Shown here: positions 9,549 to 19,276 of the stretch, one piece after another
Position numbering within the stretch: the first letter of the stretch is position 1
How the letters are laid out: each line of letters opens with the position of its first letter
DNA from: an uncultured Actinomycetota bacterium
GTDB taxonomy: Bacteria > Actinomycetota > Actinomycetes > Prado026
Assembly: GCA_963711005.1 (NCBI GenBank)
Contig: CAVQCJ010000003.1
Coordinates: 160,119-224,118 of the forward strand
Reading direction: 5' to 3'
DNA: 64,000 nucleotides
Program-made: the position numbers and the translations under genes
The notes under the pieces: model-generated
Told to the model about the DNA's origin: nothing
Databases searched by the model: none
Seen by the model: the letters and a program-made list of their open reading frames with translations, nothing else

Positions 9549-11021
9549 CTAGGGCGCATAGAGCGGCTCGCGCAGTCGTTGGTATCGGGGCCGCCCGAGG
9601 GCGATGAACAACGCGATGCCCGCGCACAGGGCGAGGGCTGCGGACGGGCCCTCCTTGATGGCGACGGAGGTCACGGCAGTGGCGTTGGTGTTGACGACGC
9701 TGTACAGAACGAGTGCCGCGGTCGCCGCGATCGCGACACGCGCCTCCACGGGACGCAGGCCAGACCCGGCCAGAAGGACCAACGCCCACAGCAGGTACCA
9801 CGGCTGCAACACCGGTGCCAGCAGAGCGACGGTTAGCAGCGCCAGCCCGAGTCCTCGGGCTGACGTCCTGCTTCGCGCGGTGATCAGCAACCACAGCACA
9901 ATGAGAACCATCGCTACCGCCGCGACGACACGGGCCGCCCCGATGGTGACGTTCGACCGATCGCCCATCCCGAGCAGCATCGCCGGTTGAGCCAGGATGC
10001 GCCCGATCGTGGTGGTGGGTGTCAGCCAGATCCGCACTCTTTCCGCGGCATTGAGGTTGGCCACCCATCCCCACCCGACACCGGCGACCAGATTCGCTGC
10101 GGCGAAGACCGCGTACGGGGTAAGCATCCCGATGGCCAGCAGCCTGGGCCATGAGGGTCTGGCGTTCGGCCGGGTCGTGACGGCCACGACCGCGAACGGG
10201 ATGCCGAGGAGGGCCGGGGCCTTGATGGCGCCGGCCAATGAGATCACTACGACGGCGGGCAGGAACCTGCCCTCCATGGCCCAGGTGATGCCCGCCAGAA
10301 GAAGGCCCAGCATGAGTGCGTCGTTGTGCGCGGCGGCGAGCAGGTGCATCAGCACCAGCGGGTTCAAGACGGCCACCCAGGTGGCTGCTGCCGGGTTGGT
10401 CCCGCACAGGCGTGCAAGCCGCGGTACGTACACCGCTACGAGCGCGACGCCGGCTATTGCGAGGATTCTGAAACCGAGCAGCGCCAGGACAGGCTGTGCT
10501 CTGCTGACCCGGTACACGGATGACTCCAGGCCCATCCAGGCGGGGCCGTAGGGCGCCGGAACGGTTCCCCAGAGATGGTCGGCGCCGTCCCCGAGGTAGC
10601 CGGGCAGGACGCTGGGCCCATAACGGTACGGGTCGATTCCGGCGCCCAGCAGCCGACTTTGCGCGATGTAGCTGAACACGTCCCGGCTGAAGAGCACCGG
10701 CGCCAGAACAAGTGGCGTGCCCCACCACCAGCACAGCTTGGTGAGCTGCTTGGCGCTGAAGCCACTGTCACGAACGTGTCGTCCCAGGGCCAGCCAAGTT
10801 GCCAGGAGCAACAGGACGCCTAGGAGCACCGTCAGCGCACCGACGGTCATCGGGCCCGCCTGCGACCGCAGCCGCTGCAGGAGCGGCCAGGTGTCGACAT
10901 CGGTGGCGGGGGAGACCCATCCGGCCAGGTAGGCGCCGGCCATGACCAGCGACGAGGACGCACACCCTGACCAGGCGAAGATCCGCAGCCTCGCAGCCCT
11001 CACGGGGGAACGACTACGCAT
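9549..11021 (-). CDS. polytopic GT-C glycosyltransferase, MptB/DUF2029-like alpha-1,6-mannosyltransferase
   Basis: ORF 9549..11480 trimmed to ATG 11021. More than 10 hydrophobic helices. The loop LFSRDVFSYIAQSRLLGAGIDPYRYGP is as in polyprenol-phosphomannose-dependent mannosyltransferases. Confidence 0.65.
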   Translation of the reverse strand: MRSRSPVRAARLRIFAWSGCASSSLVMAGAYLAGWVSPATDVDTWPLLQRLRSQAGPMTVGALTVLLGVLLLLATWLALGRHVRDSGFSAKQLTKLCWWWGTPLVLAPVLFSRDVFSYIAQSRLLGAGIDPYRYGPSVLPGYLGDGADHLWGTVPAPYGPAWMGLESSVYRVSRAQPVLALLGFRILAIAGVALVAVYVPRLARLCGTNPAAATWVAVLNPLVLMHLLAAAHNDALMLGLLLAGITWAMEGRFLPAVVVISLAGAIKAPALLGIPFAVVAVTTRPNARPSWPRLLAIGMLTPYAVFAAANLVAGVGWGWVANLNAAERVRIWLTPTTTIGRILAQPAMLLGMGDRSNVTIGAARVVAAVAMVLIVLWLLITARSRTSARGLGLALLTVALLAPVLQPWYLLWALVLLAGSGLRPVEARVAIAATAALVLYSVVNTNATAVTSVAIKEGPSAALALCAGIALFIALGRPRYQRLREPLYAP

Positions 11022-11035
11022 GCGCGCAGCCACCC

Positions 11036-11431
11036 CTACGTCACGGTGAAGGTGATCGTTGTCGTGCTGGGCGCGTCGGTGCCGCTGCCCGTGTAGGCGG
11101 CCGTCGCCGTGTGCTTCCCCGGCTTGTAGTGGTGCGTGTACGAGGTGCGGCCGGTGCTCCTCAACGTCAGGGTGACCGGAGCGAACGCGTCGACCGTCAG
11201 CGAGACCATGCCCTGCGGAGGCAGCCCGGATGCTGCCACGACGTGCACCCCGAAGATCACCTTGCCCGGTGTGTGCCCGACGACCTGGCTGGCCTTCAGC
11301 CCGGGCGAAGTGGCGATCGTTGCGGCATGGGAGCCGGTCGCCCCTGTGCTGGCGGTCGCCGATGATGCGAGCAGAACTGGGGCGAGCACCGTAAGTGCGG
11401 CCGCGGCCACGATGCCCCGAGGTGTTCGCAT
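11036..11431 (-). CDS. small secreted Ig-like-fold protein
   Basis: ORF 11036..11746 trimmed to ATG 11431, with GGAGG upstream. Signal peptide AAAALTVLAPVLLASSATAS, then ~100 beta-rich residues (VSLTVDAFAPVTLTLRSTGRTSYTHHYKPGKHTATAAYTGSG). Confidence 0.5.
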   Translation of the reverse strand: MRTPRGIVAAAALTVLAPVLLASSATASTGATGSHAATIATSPGLKASQVVGHTPGKVIFGVHVVAASGLPPQGMVSLTVDAFAPVTLTLRSTGRTSYTHHYKPGKHTATAAYTGSGTDAPSTTTITFTVT

Positions 11432-11684
11432 GGGAGCCTCCACCGGCCGACGTTGCGCGAGGTGAGGCCCCCCTCCACATCCTCGCGACGAACCGGGCAG
11501 GCGCGAAGTTCCCGAACCCGGCGGTCGGTGCTCATGAGGGGCGGCGTCCGGAGGCTGCGTTGGGCAGCCGATCGAGAGGGCAGGCGGATCCGCGTTGAGC
11601 CCGTGTTGCCCGTCCGCGAGCGGTCCTCGAGCTGAGTCCGGCCTCGAACTGCCGGCGCCGCGGGGACGGACCGAGCTCGTCAGC

Positions 11685-12659
11685 TCAGCTGGTGATGTCC
11701 TTGCTGGTGAACCGGGCCCAGGCCAACGCGCCGAACACGAGTACATATGGCAGTTGCAGGAGTGAGTTGCTAACCAGGGTGCCGATGTCGACGTACCCGC
11801 GCAACAGGTCGCCGAAGCCGAGCCAGTGGTGGGTGAACAGCAGGGTCCGCAGCGACCCGATCTGCGGAACCTGGTCGAGCACCTCCACCATGATGGTTAC
11901 CGCGACCGTCGCGGCCATAGCCGCGATGGGCACCTCGGTCAGGGTGGAGATGAACAGGCCGATGGCGACGATCCCCAGCAGCGCCACGGTCACGTAGGCC
12001 GCGATCCCGACCGCGCGCAGTAACCCGTTCGCGAGCGACACGGTGTCCCCGGACAGCAGAGTCAGGTCGTGCAGTCCGAACAGGATCGCCCCGGTGACCA
12101 GCCCGGAGACAGCCACCATGAGCACCGCAGCCGAGGTGAACGTCACGATCCCGATGGCCTTGGCTACGAGCAGAAGGCTGCGGCCGACCGGGATGGTCAG
12201 CAGGTAGCGCAAGGTTCCTGACCCGGCCTCACCGGCCACGCTGTCCCCGGACACCACCCCCACCGCCAGCGGCAGGAACAGCGGCAGGCAGACCGTCAGC
12301 GCGGTGAAGACCAGAAACAGCCCGTTGCCGCTGATCTGCCCGAGGAAGGCGGGTCCCTCACCGCGGCGCGGGGTGGCCGAGCGCACCGCGATCCCGATCA
12401 GGACCGGGGGACCGGCGAGCACGGCCAGCAGGGCGAGGTTGCGCTTGCGCCGGAACACCAGGCCGATCTCACTGAGAGCCAGGCGACGGAACCCCCCGCG
12501 GCGCGCGCGACCTTCTTGCGACGGCGTCACGGCCGCCGGCGCCACGGGCGATGTCGGGTAGTCCGCGTCGATGACCCGGCCGGGCCGGGAGCGGTCGGCC
12601 GTTGCGGTGTCCGGGGTCGCCAGGACCGGTACGCCGGGCCGCGGGTCACTGGGCGACAT
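11685..12659 (-). CDS. ABC-2 type transporter permease
   Basis: ORF 11685..12659. Six hydrophobic segments follow a Pro/Arg-rich N-terminus. ATG 12659 overlaps the ATPase gene end by 14 nt. Confidence 0.7.
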   Translation of the reverse strand: MSPSDPRPGVPVLATPDTATADRSRPGRVIDADYPTSPVAPAAVTPSQEGRARRGGFRRLALSEIGLVFRRKRNLALLAVLAGPPVLIGIAVRSATPRRGEGPAFLGQISGNGLFLVFTALTVCLPLFLPLAVGVVSGDSVAGEAGSGTLRYLLTIPVGRSLLLVAKAIGIVTFTSAAVLMVAVSGLVTGAILFGLHDLTLLSGDTVSLANGLLRAVGIAAYVTVALLGIVAIGLFISTLTEVPIAAMAATVAVTIMVEVLDQVPQIGSLRTLLFTHHWLGFGDLLRGYVDIGTLVSNSLLQLPYVLVFGALAWARFTSKDITS

Positions 12660-13593
12660 CGAAGCCCTCCCCGGTCAGACTGACGAACAGGTCCTCGAGG
12701 GTCGGCTGCGCGACGGCCAGGCCGGCGACCGGCACGCCGGCGAGCACCAGCTCGCGGTTGATGTCCTCGGGGTCGCGGTCGCCCAGAGCGGCACTGACGA
12801 TGCCGTGGGAGTCCGCGGGGGCGGGTCCTGCGCTGACCGAGTCAAGGCCGAGCCGGGTCAGCAGCTCGGCGGCCCGCGCAGGGTCGCTGGTACGGACGAC
12901 GACGGTCGTGGCGGACCCGCCGAGCACCTCGGTCAGCGGGCCCTGGGTCAGCAGTCGGCCGGCGCTCATGATCCCGACGTGGGTGGCGACCTGCTCGACC
13001 TCGGCGAGCAGATGGCTGGAGACCAGGACGGTGGTGCCGTCGGCGGCGAGCGAGCGGACCAGGCTGCGGACCTCGCGGGTGCCTTGCGGGTCCAGGCCGT
13101 TGGTGGGCTCGTCGAGGATCAGGAGATCCCGCGGCTGCAGGAGTGCGGCCGCCAGCCCGAGCCGCTGCTTCATCCCGAGCGAGTACTGGCGGTACTTCTT
13201 GCGGGCTGCCGCGCTGAGCCCGACCCGGTGCAGCGCGTCGTCGATGCGCTGGTTGCGCGTGGCCGGCTCAGCCGTCGCGTCGCAGGAGTCCAAGCGACGG
13301 AGGTTGTCGATCCCCGACAGGTACGGGTGGAACGCCGGCCCTTCGATCAGGGCGCCGACGCGCGGCAGGACACGCCGCGCCGCGGACGGCATCGCCTGGC
13401 CCAGCAGCTCCACCCGGCCGCTGTGCGGGGACACCAGCCCCAGCAGCATCCGGATCGTCGTCGTCTTCCCGGAGCCGTTGGGCCCCAGGAACCCGTAGAC
13501 CGCGCCTTGCGGGACGTCCAGGCTGAGGGAGTCGACCGCGGTCACCCGACCGAAGCGCCGGGTCAGGTCGACCGTGGCGACGCCAGCACTCAC
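12646..13593 (-). CDS. ABC transporter ATP-binding protein
   Basis: Walker A GPNGSGKTT, signature YSLGMKQRL, Walker B LLILDEPTNGLD. GTG 13593 overlaps the upstream stop (GTGA). Confidence 0.9.
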   Translation of the reverse strand: MSAGVATVDLTRRFGRVTAVDSLSLDVPQGAVYGFLGPNGSGKTTTIRMLLGLVSPHSGRVELLGQAMPSAARRVLPRVGALIEGPAFHPYLSGIDNLRRLDSCDATAEPATRNQRIDDALHRVGLSAAARKKYRQYSLGMKQRLGLAAALLQPRDLLILDEPTNGLDPQGTREVRSLVRSLAADGTTVLVSSHLLAEVEQVATHVGIMSAGRLLTQGPLTEVLGGSATTVVVRTSDPARAAELLTRLGLDSVSAGPAPADSHGIVSAALGDRDPEDINRELVLAGVPVAGLAVAQPTLEDLFVSLTGEGFDVAQ

Positions 13594-14768
13594 AGCGGAC
13601 GGCCGGTGGCGGCCACCCGCTGCAGCGATGCGCCGTCCACCGCGCCCACGAACAGCCGGCCGTCGTCGGTGAGCAGGATCGAGACCAGGGCGGTGGTGAG
13701 CAACCGGCCGCCGGGCACCTTCCGCGCCGCCCCGAGCAGGAGCGACTGCACCTGGCTGACGCTGCCCCCGTTCCCGTCCGGGCTCAGCGCGGACCCGTCC
13801 AGGACCAGTACTGCGGTCCAGCCGGCGCCGATCGTGCGAGTCCGCTGGTCGGTCCTGGTAGCCGCGGTTCGCAGTTGCGGGAGCCGGCTACCGCTGCCCG
13901 ACGCCGGCCCCTTGTATCGCCGGACCGCGCCGTCCCCCGCGCGCTGACCGGTGAGGACCTCACCGGCCGACGCGGTCGTCACCTTCGCCCCGGTCGGCGG
14001 GATGAAGGCGAACACGCTCGCCGGGGGAGCCGAGAAGGTGACATCGGTGAACCCGGTCTCGAACGCCGGCGTGCTGCGGTCCTGTCCGAAGACCTGGACC
14101 CGCAGCGGCGTCGACGTCTCGCTGTCGACGGCGATCTTCACCGCCGAGACCAGAGAGCGGGAGTCCTTGGGTTGCAGGACGAGCTGGTAGGCGGGACGGC
14201 CGGCGATGCGGGCCGTGTCGTCGACGCTGATCTTCGTCGTCGGCGTGATCGCGGCGATCGCCTCCGCCGCCGCCTGCTGAGGCGTCGGCAGCTGTGACTG
14301 GAGCTTGTTCTCGGTCAACTGGCCGGCGTCGGCCGGGACCGTGATCTTGGTGGCCTGGTTGGCGCGGGAGGAGTACAGCCACAGCAGCTGGCCGTTGTGC
14401 ACGACGTCGCTCTCGGCGAGATCCCCGACCAGGGCGACGCGCTGCTTCTCCGGGCCGTCCAGCCAGACCCGCAGCGTGTGCGACCCGGTGATCAGGTTCG
14501 GCAGCGACAGGTCGGCCGACCCGGCCGCCGCGGTCGGCAGCTCGGGAAGCCCGAGGCGGGCCGTCTCGACGACAGTCCCGGACAGAGCCGGCGGCTGGGC
14601 GGCCAGGAGGCTGGCCAGGAGCTGCTGGGCGGTGCGCGCCGGCAGTACCGGGTGGTCAGAGCCGGACGCGACGCCGGGCAGGATCGCCGCTGCGGCGACG
14701 GCTGCGCCGGCGACGAAAGGCGCGGCCCAGCGCAGTCTGCGCGTGGTCGTTGGCTGCATGCGGTCCAT
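13590..14768 (-). CDS. secreted LolA-like / DUF2092-type protein (tentative)
   Basis: ORF 13590..15026 trimmed to ATG 14768. Signal peptide WAAPFVAGAAVAAAAILPGVASG. First gene of the ABC operon. The fold assignment rests only on my memory of similar actinobacterial operons. Confidence 0.5.
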   Translation of the reverse strand: MDRMQPTTTRRLRWAAPFVAGAAVAAAAILPGVASGSDHPVLPARTAQQLLASLLAAQPPALSGTVVETARLGLPELPTAAAGSADLSLPNLITGSHTLRVWLDGPEKQRVALVGDLAESDVVHNGQLLWLYSSRANQATKITVPADAGQLTENKLQSQLPTPQQAAAEAIAAITPTTKISVDDTARIAGRPAYQLVLQPKDSRSLVSAVKIAVDSETSTPLRVQVFGQDRSTPAFETGFTDVTFSAPPASVFAFIPPTGAKVTTASAGEVLTGQRAGDGAVRRYKGPASGSGSRLPQLRTAATRTDQRTRTIGAGWTAVLVLDGSALSPDGNGGSVSQVQSLLLGAARKVPGGRLLTTALVSILLTDDGRLFVGAVDGASLQRVAATGRPL

Positions 14769-14844
14769 GCTGCGACGGGGAGGCTGAGAGGACAGTGTGA
14801 GGCGCATCGGCGGAGATATTGGCCGTTGCCAGGGCGGCCACCCG

Positions 14845-15540
14845 ATGATGGCAGCCCCACGAGTCGATCCGGACGGAGGCGCAGTGCGACTGCTGGTCGT
14901 CGACGACGAGCAGCACCTAGCCGAGGTGCTGCGGCGCGGGCTGACGCACGAGGGGTTCGCGGTCGACGTAGCGCACGACGGCCCCCGAGCGCTCGAGCTT
15001 GCCGCCGACAGCGAGTACGACGTCATCGTGCTCGACCTGCGGCTGCCCGGCTTGTCCGGCTACGAGGTCGCCAGGCAGCTGCGCGCCCGCGACGACTGGA
15101 CCCCCATCCTGGTCCTGTCGGCCAAGGACGGCGAGTACGACGAGGCCGACGCGCTCGACTTCGGCGCCGATGACTTCCTCGCCAAGCCCTTCTCGTTCGT
15201 CGTCCTTCAGGCCAGGTTGCGGGCTCTGGTCCGCCGGGGCCGCACTCCGCGCCCCAGTACGCTCGTTGCAGGAACGGTCAGCCTCGACCCCGCCGCCCAC
15301 GCGGTCACTCTCGCCGGCGTTCCCGTCGACCTGACGCGGCGGGAGTTTCGTCTCCTGGAGTACCTCATGACCCACGCTGACCGGACCGTCAGCAAGTCCG
15401 AGCTGCTCGAGCACGTCTGGGACATCGGCCCTGACGCAGACCCGAACGTCGTGCAGGTCTACGTGGGCTACCTGCGGCGCAAGCTCGGGACAGACTTCGT
15501 CCGGACCGTGCGCGGCAGCGGCTTCCAGGTAACCTCGTGA
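14845..15540 (+). CDS. OmpR-family response regulator
   Basis: Receiver domain LLVVDDE..DVIVLDLRLPGLSGYEV..ILVLSAKD and winged helix LTRREFRLLEYLMTHADRTVSKSELLEHVW. Start is ATG 14845 or a nearby GTG. Confidence 0.9.
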   Translation: MMAAPRVDPDGGAVRLLVVDDEQHLAEVLRRGLTHEGFAVDVAHDGPRALELAADSEYDVIVLDLRLPGLSGYEVARQLRARDDWTPILVLSAKDGEYDEADALDFGADDFLAKPFSFVVLQARLRALVRRGRTPRPSTLVAGTVSLDPAAHAVTLAGVPVDLTRREFRLLEYLMTHADRTVSKSELLEHVWDIGPDADPNVVQVYVGYLRRKLGTDFVRTVRGSGFQVTS

Positions 15541-15550
15541 GACACGACCG

Positions 15551-16990
15551 ATGAGTCGTTGGTGGCGGCGGCGCTCGCTCCGCTTCCGGTTGACGATCCT
15601 CACCTCCCTCGTCCTGGCACTGGGCCTGTCTGTCGGGGTCCTCGGTCTGGGTGCGCTGTTCGCGCACGCCAGGACTGCCGAGCTCGACGATCGGCTGACC
15701 GTGCAGATGTCCACGCTGCAGACCTTGGTCGGCTCCGACCAGCTCACCCAACCGTTGCCCGTTCCGCCAGGCAGCCCTGTCCTCGCCCAGGTCATCGACA
15801 GCGCCGGCACGGTGCTCGCCTCAAGCCAGTCCGCCGGCCGAGTCCTGCCGCTCCTGCCGCCCGCGTCGATCGGCTCGATGTCGGGGGCTGGGCCGCTGAG
15901 CACGGACGAGACCGGCTTCGGAGCGGGCCGGCTCCGGGTGCTCGTACAGCCTGCACAGCTTCGGGGTACGCCGGTCAGCATCGTCGCCGCCGCGTCGCTG
16001 GCCGACCTGACCTCCACGCTCGACCAGCTCCGCCGCGTCCTGTTCCTCGTCGCGCCGCTGACCGTCGTCGCGGCCGGTCTCGCGTCCTGGGCCGCGCTGG
16101 GCGCCGCGCTGCGACCGGTCGACGAAATGCGCGCGGCCGCCGACACCATCGGCGGCTCCGTTGATCCGGAGCTGGCGCAGGCCAAACTGCCCGTCCCTCC
16201 CAGTCACGACGAGATCGGCCGGCTGGCTGTCACCCTCAACCTCATGCTCGAACGGCTCCAGGCGTCCTCAAGGCAGCAACGGGACTTCGCCGCCGACGCC
16301 GCGCACGAGCTGCGGACCCCGCTTGCCACCTTGCTGGCCGAGCTCGAGGTGGCACGAGCTGGCGATGACGCGGCGGCCTGGGACGGCGTGGCCGACCACG
16401 TCATCGCTCAAGCCAGGCGGATGTCCTCGCTCATCGACGACCTCCTGCTGCTGGCTCGCGCGGACGCCGACCGCCTAGGCCCGCGGGAAGCGATCGACAT
16501 GGCCGCGGTCGTGGTGTCGACGCTCGAGTCGGACCGGTGGGCGTCCGGCACTGGCCCGGTGCACGTCGTCGGCAGCGTTGCCGGGTCGCCCTTGACGGTC
16601 CGGGGGGACCAGGCCGCGCTGGAGCGGGTGCTGACGAACCTTCTCGACAACGCCGTCCGGCACGCCCGGACCACGGTGGCCGTCTCGCTCCGGGCCGACG
16701 GCCCGGAGACCGAGCTCGTGATCTGCGACGACGGGCCGGGAGTGCCCAGTGAGCAGCTCGACCTGATCTTCGACCGGTTCTACCGTGCGGACCCGAGCCG
16801 GTCGCGCGGCGCGGCCGGAGACGGCGGGGCCGGCCTTGGCCTGGCGATCGCACGGAGCGTGGTACGCGCGCACGGGGGTGAGGTGAGTGCTGCTGAACGT
16901 CCTGGCGGCGGGCTGTGCGTACGCGTCACGCTCCCGACCGGCAGCAGCGCGGCCGGCGCCGGAGAGTCGCCAGCCCGGTCGCAGGTGTGA
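15551..16990 (+). CDS. sensor histidine kinase (TM, HAMP, HisKA, HATPase_c)
   Basis: H-box FAADAAHELRTPLA, N-box LLDNAVRHA, G-boxes DDGPGVP and GAGLGLAIARSV. Confidence 0.9.
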   Translation: MSRWWRRRSLRFRLTILTSLVLALGLSVGVLGLGALFAHARTAELDDRLTVQMSTLQTLVGSDQLTQPLPVPPGSPVLAQVIDSAGTVLASSQSAGRVLPLLPPASIGSMSGAGPLSTDETGFGAGRLRVLVQPAQLRGTPVSIVAAASLADLTSTLDQLRRVLFLVAPLTVVAAGLASWAALGAALRPVDEMRAAADTIGGSVDPELAQAKLPVPPSHDEIGRLAVTLNLMLERLQASSRQQRDFAADAAHELRTPLATLLAELEVARAGDDAAAWDGVADHVIAQARRMSSLIDDLLLLARADADRLGPREAIDMAAVVVSTLESDRWASGTGPVHVVGSVAGSPLTVRGDQAALERVLTNLLDNAVRHARTTVAVSLRADGPETELVICDDGPGVPSEQLDLIFDRFYRADPSRSRGAAGDGGAGLGLAIARSVVRAHGGEVSAAERPGGGLCVRVTLPTGSSAAGAGESPARSQV

Positions 16991-17065
16991 CCGACCACAC
17001 GCCGGCCGCGACCCGATCCGGGATCCTTCTGGTGTCCCTAAACGCTCTAAGACCGTGAAGACTCG

Positions 17066-18118
17066 ATGATCAGCTGGCTCCGGCACCGTGCTCGCAGCCC
17101 ATACGTCCGGTTGGCGGTGTTGTCGGCCGGCGCAGCGGCCGTGGCCTACGGCGTAGGCGCCTTAGCGCCCGAGGTGTCGCCGGTCGTTGCGGGCGTCACC
17201 GCGCTGGTCACCGTCCGTCCGACCTTCCACGGCTCGGCGCAGGAGGCACTCCGCCAGGTTCTCGGTGTCGTCCTCGGTGCGGTCCTGGCATTCGCGGCCC
17301 TGCAGTCAATGGGGTTCTCTGCGGTGGCTCTATTCGTGACGATCCTCGGGTGCTTTCTCGTCGCGCGCGGCCTGCGGCTGGGGGAGGAGGGAGCCACCGC
17401 CCTAGCCGTAACCGTGGTCCTCGTCGTGGGGCCCCAGTTCAGGACCGAGGCGGTCGAGACCCGGCTGCTTGGCGCGCTGGTCGGGTCCCTGGTCGCACTG
17501 GGTGCCTCGGCGCTCATGCGGCCTGGGTCCCCGCACGGTCGTGCGCTGGCCGGCGCACTCGACCAAGGTGTGCGGGCGGCGGCCCTGCTCACCGCCGTCG
17601 GTCAGTCCCTCGCCGACGGGCCGCTCGTACCGCCAGGCATGCCCAGACACTGGCTCGACGAGGCCGAGGAGATCCTCGCCGACACGGTCGAGTCCAGGCA
17701 GGCCGCCCAGGACGCCGTGGCTGGTGCCCGATGGTCGCCGATGATCGACGTCGCCGACGCGGAGGCCGTACTGGCCCAGGTGCGGATCACCGAGAGAACT
17801 GCGATCACCGTGGTGAGCATCTGCCGCGACCTGCTGACAGCCAGCGACTGTGACCCGCCCATCTCGTCTCCGCTGGCGAGGTCCCTGTCACATGTCCTGC
17901 TGGCGACGGCGGACGCCATCAGCACCCAGTCGGAAGCGGCCCGCGAGAGCCCGGCCCGGATCCTCGACGACCACACCGGACCTGTGCGAATCGTCGCGCG
18001 CTCGCGCAGCGAGGCTGCCACCCACGTCCGCAGTCTGGACGACACCCGGCCGCTTCTGCTCGGCGGGTCGCTCCTGCGTGAAACCGAGAAGATCACCGAA
18101 ACGCTGACCGGCCACTGA
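17066..18118 (+). CDS. FUSC/aromatic-acid-exporter-like membrane protein (tentative)
   Basis: ORF 17066..18118. Four to five N-terminal TM helices, then an Ala/Arg-rich helical cytoplasmic half, which is the FUSC-family layout. No motif-level proof. Confidence 0.5.
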   Translation: MISWLRHRARSPYVRLAVLSAGAAAVAYGVGALAPEVSPVVAGVTALVTVRPTFHGSAQEALRQVLGVVLGAVLAFAALQSMGFSAVALFVTILGCFLVARGLRLGEEGATALAVTVVLVVGPQFRTEAVETRLLGALVGSLVALGASALMRPGSPHGRALAGALDQGVRAAALLTAVGQSLADGPLVPPGMPRHWLDEAEEILADTVESRQAAQDAVAGARWSPMIDVADAEAVLAQVRITERTAITVVSICRDLLTASDCDPPISSPLARSLSHVLLATADAISTQSEAARESPARILDDHTGPVRIVARSRSEAATHVRSLDDTRPLLLGGSLLRETEKITETLTGH

Positions 18119-18199
18119 TCAGTGAGGTCCCAGGCCAGCGCCGAGTGGTTGCGGAAACCGTCCGCAGCACTTCCTCGCTCCCGAGCACTGCCCGCCCTG

Positions 18200-18335
18200 C
18201 GTCCCGACCTGTCCGAACCAGGTGTTCATGTGGGTGGCTTGTCGACCGTCAAGGTCTGCTTCTGCGACCCACGCGCCCCTGGCAGCGCGGCAGCAACGAG
18301 AACACCAACGGGCTGCTGCGCCAGTACTTCCCGGC
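18200..18335 (+). pseudogene. IS30-family transposase remnant (extreme C-terminal part, frameshifted)
   Basis: ..VKVCFCDPRAP (frame of ORF 18122) continues as WQRGSNENTNGLLRQYFP (frame of ORF 18145). FCDP..PWQRGSNENTNGLLRQYFPKG is the conserved IS30 C-terminal block. No upstream catalytic region is present. Confidence 0.6.
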
Positions 18336-18646
18336 ACTAGGGCCAGTCGGTGTCGCCGGACCGTCCCTACCGTCAGGAGCCAGAGCGACACACCGCCCAT
18401 TCTTCTACGCTTCGATCACCCGAAACCGGCTGATGATCAGCATGGGCCGCACTCCGGTCCACGCGGCTTCCCCTTCGCCGTATTTGTCGATGACGCCCCG
18501 CCCCAGAACGGCACGTCTGTTCGGGTGCGCTGGGCTGTGACTTCGCGTGGCGGGTTTCTCCAAACGGGTGGATGGCCTGCCTGCGCAGTGAGGCCGAGCG
18601 ACTTGGCGGTTGGCGGACCGCGGCCTGGTGCTGGCTCGTGAGCCAC

Positions 18647-19195
18647 TCATCCGAAGGGGGAGTTCAGCCCGTACTTGTCCATGAGCTCGGGAACCCAGGT
18701 GGGGTCGAAGAACAAGCCGTAGGAGGCTGCCAGGGACTCCAGCGAGGTCGGGTCGGGCGGTCCACACTCAAACACCTCGGCCAGTTCTCGAAAGAAGCGC
18801 TCGAATCCGGAAGGCGTGATTACTTCGATCATGCGGGCTTCGTCTGGTCCTGCGTTCCACATGGTGTGCAACTCGCCACGCGGCTTGCTGATGTAGCCAC
18901 CGGCTTCGAGGACCACCTCGTCCGATCCGGAGCGGAACCCGATGGCGCCGGCCGTCACGATGGAGAACTCGTCTTCACGGGTATGAACGTGCGGAGGCAC
19001 CAAGGCACCTGGTGGGAAGGGATGCTCCACGATGGCGACCTGGCCGCCGGTCTGATCGCCATTGAGGCGGAAGCCGACACCGATGGATCCGATCGTCCGG
19101 TCCGGGCCGTGAGGCGCAGTCAGCACAGTCAGCGGAAGGGATCGACCGAACGTGGTCGCCTCAGCGAGGGTGGTCGGAAGGATGATAGTCATCAT
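18647..19195 (-). CDS. cupin-domain protein
   Basis: ORF 18647..19195. GGQVAIVEHPFPPGALVPPHVHTREDE ... GGYISKPRGELHTMWN fits the two cupin motifs. Confidence 0.75.
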   Translation of the reverse strand: MMTIILPTTLAEATTFGRSLPLTVLTAPHGPDRTIGSIGVGFRLNGDQTGGQVAIVEHPFPPGALVPPHVHTREDEFSIVTAGAIGFRSGSDEVVLEAGGYISKPRGELHTMWNAGPDEARMIEVITPSGFERFFRELAEVFECGPPDPTSLESLAASYGLFFDPTWVPELMDKYGLNSPFG

Positions 19196-19276
19196 GGCTC
19201 CAGCCGGTTAGACAATTCGGATGAACACATCTGTATAGTCAAAGGACTCTCCTCTTCGGGAACGGAGGCGTCAAGG

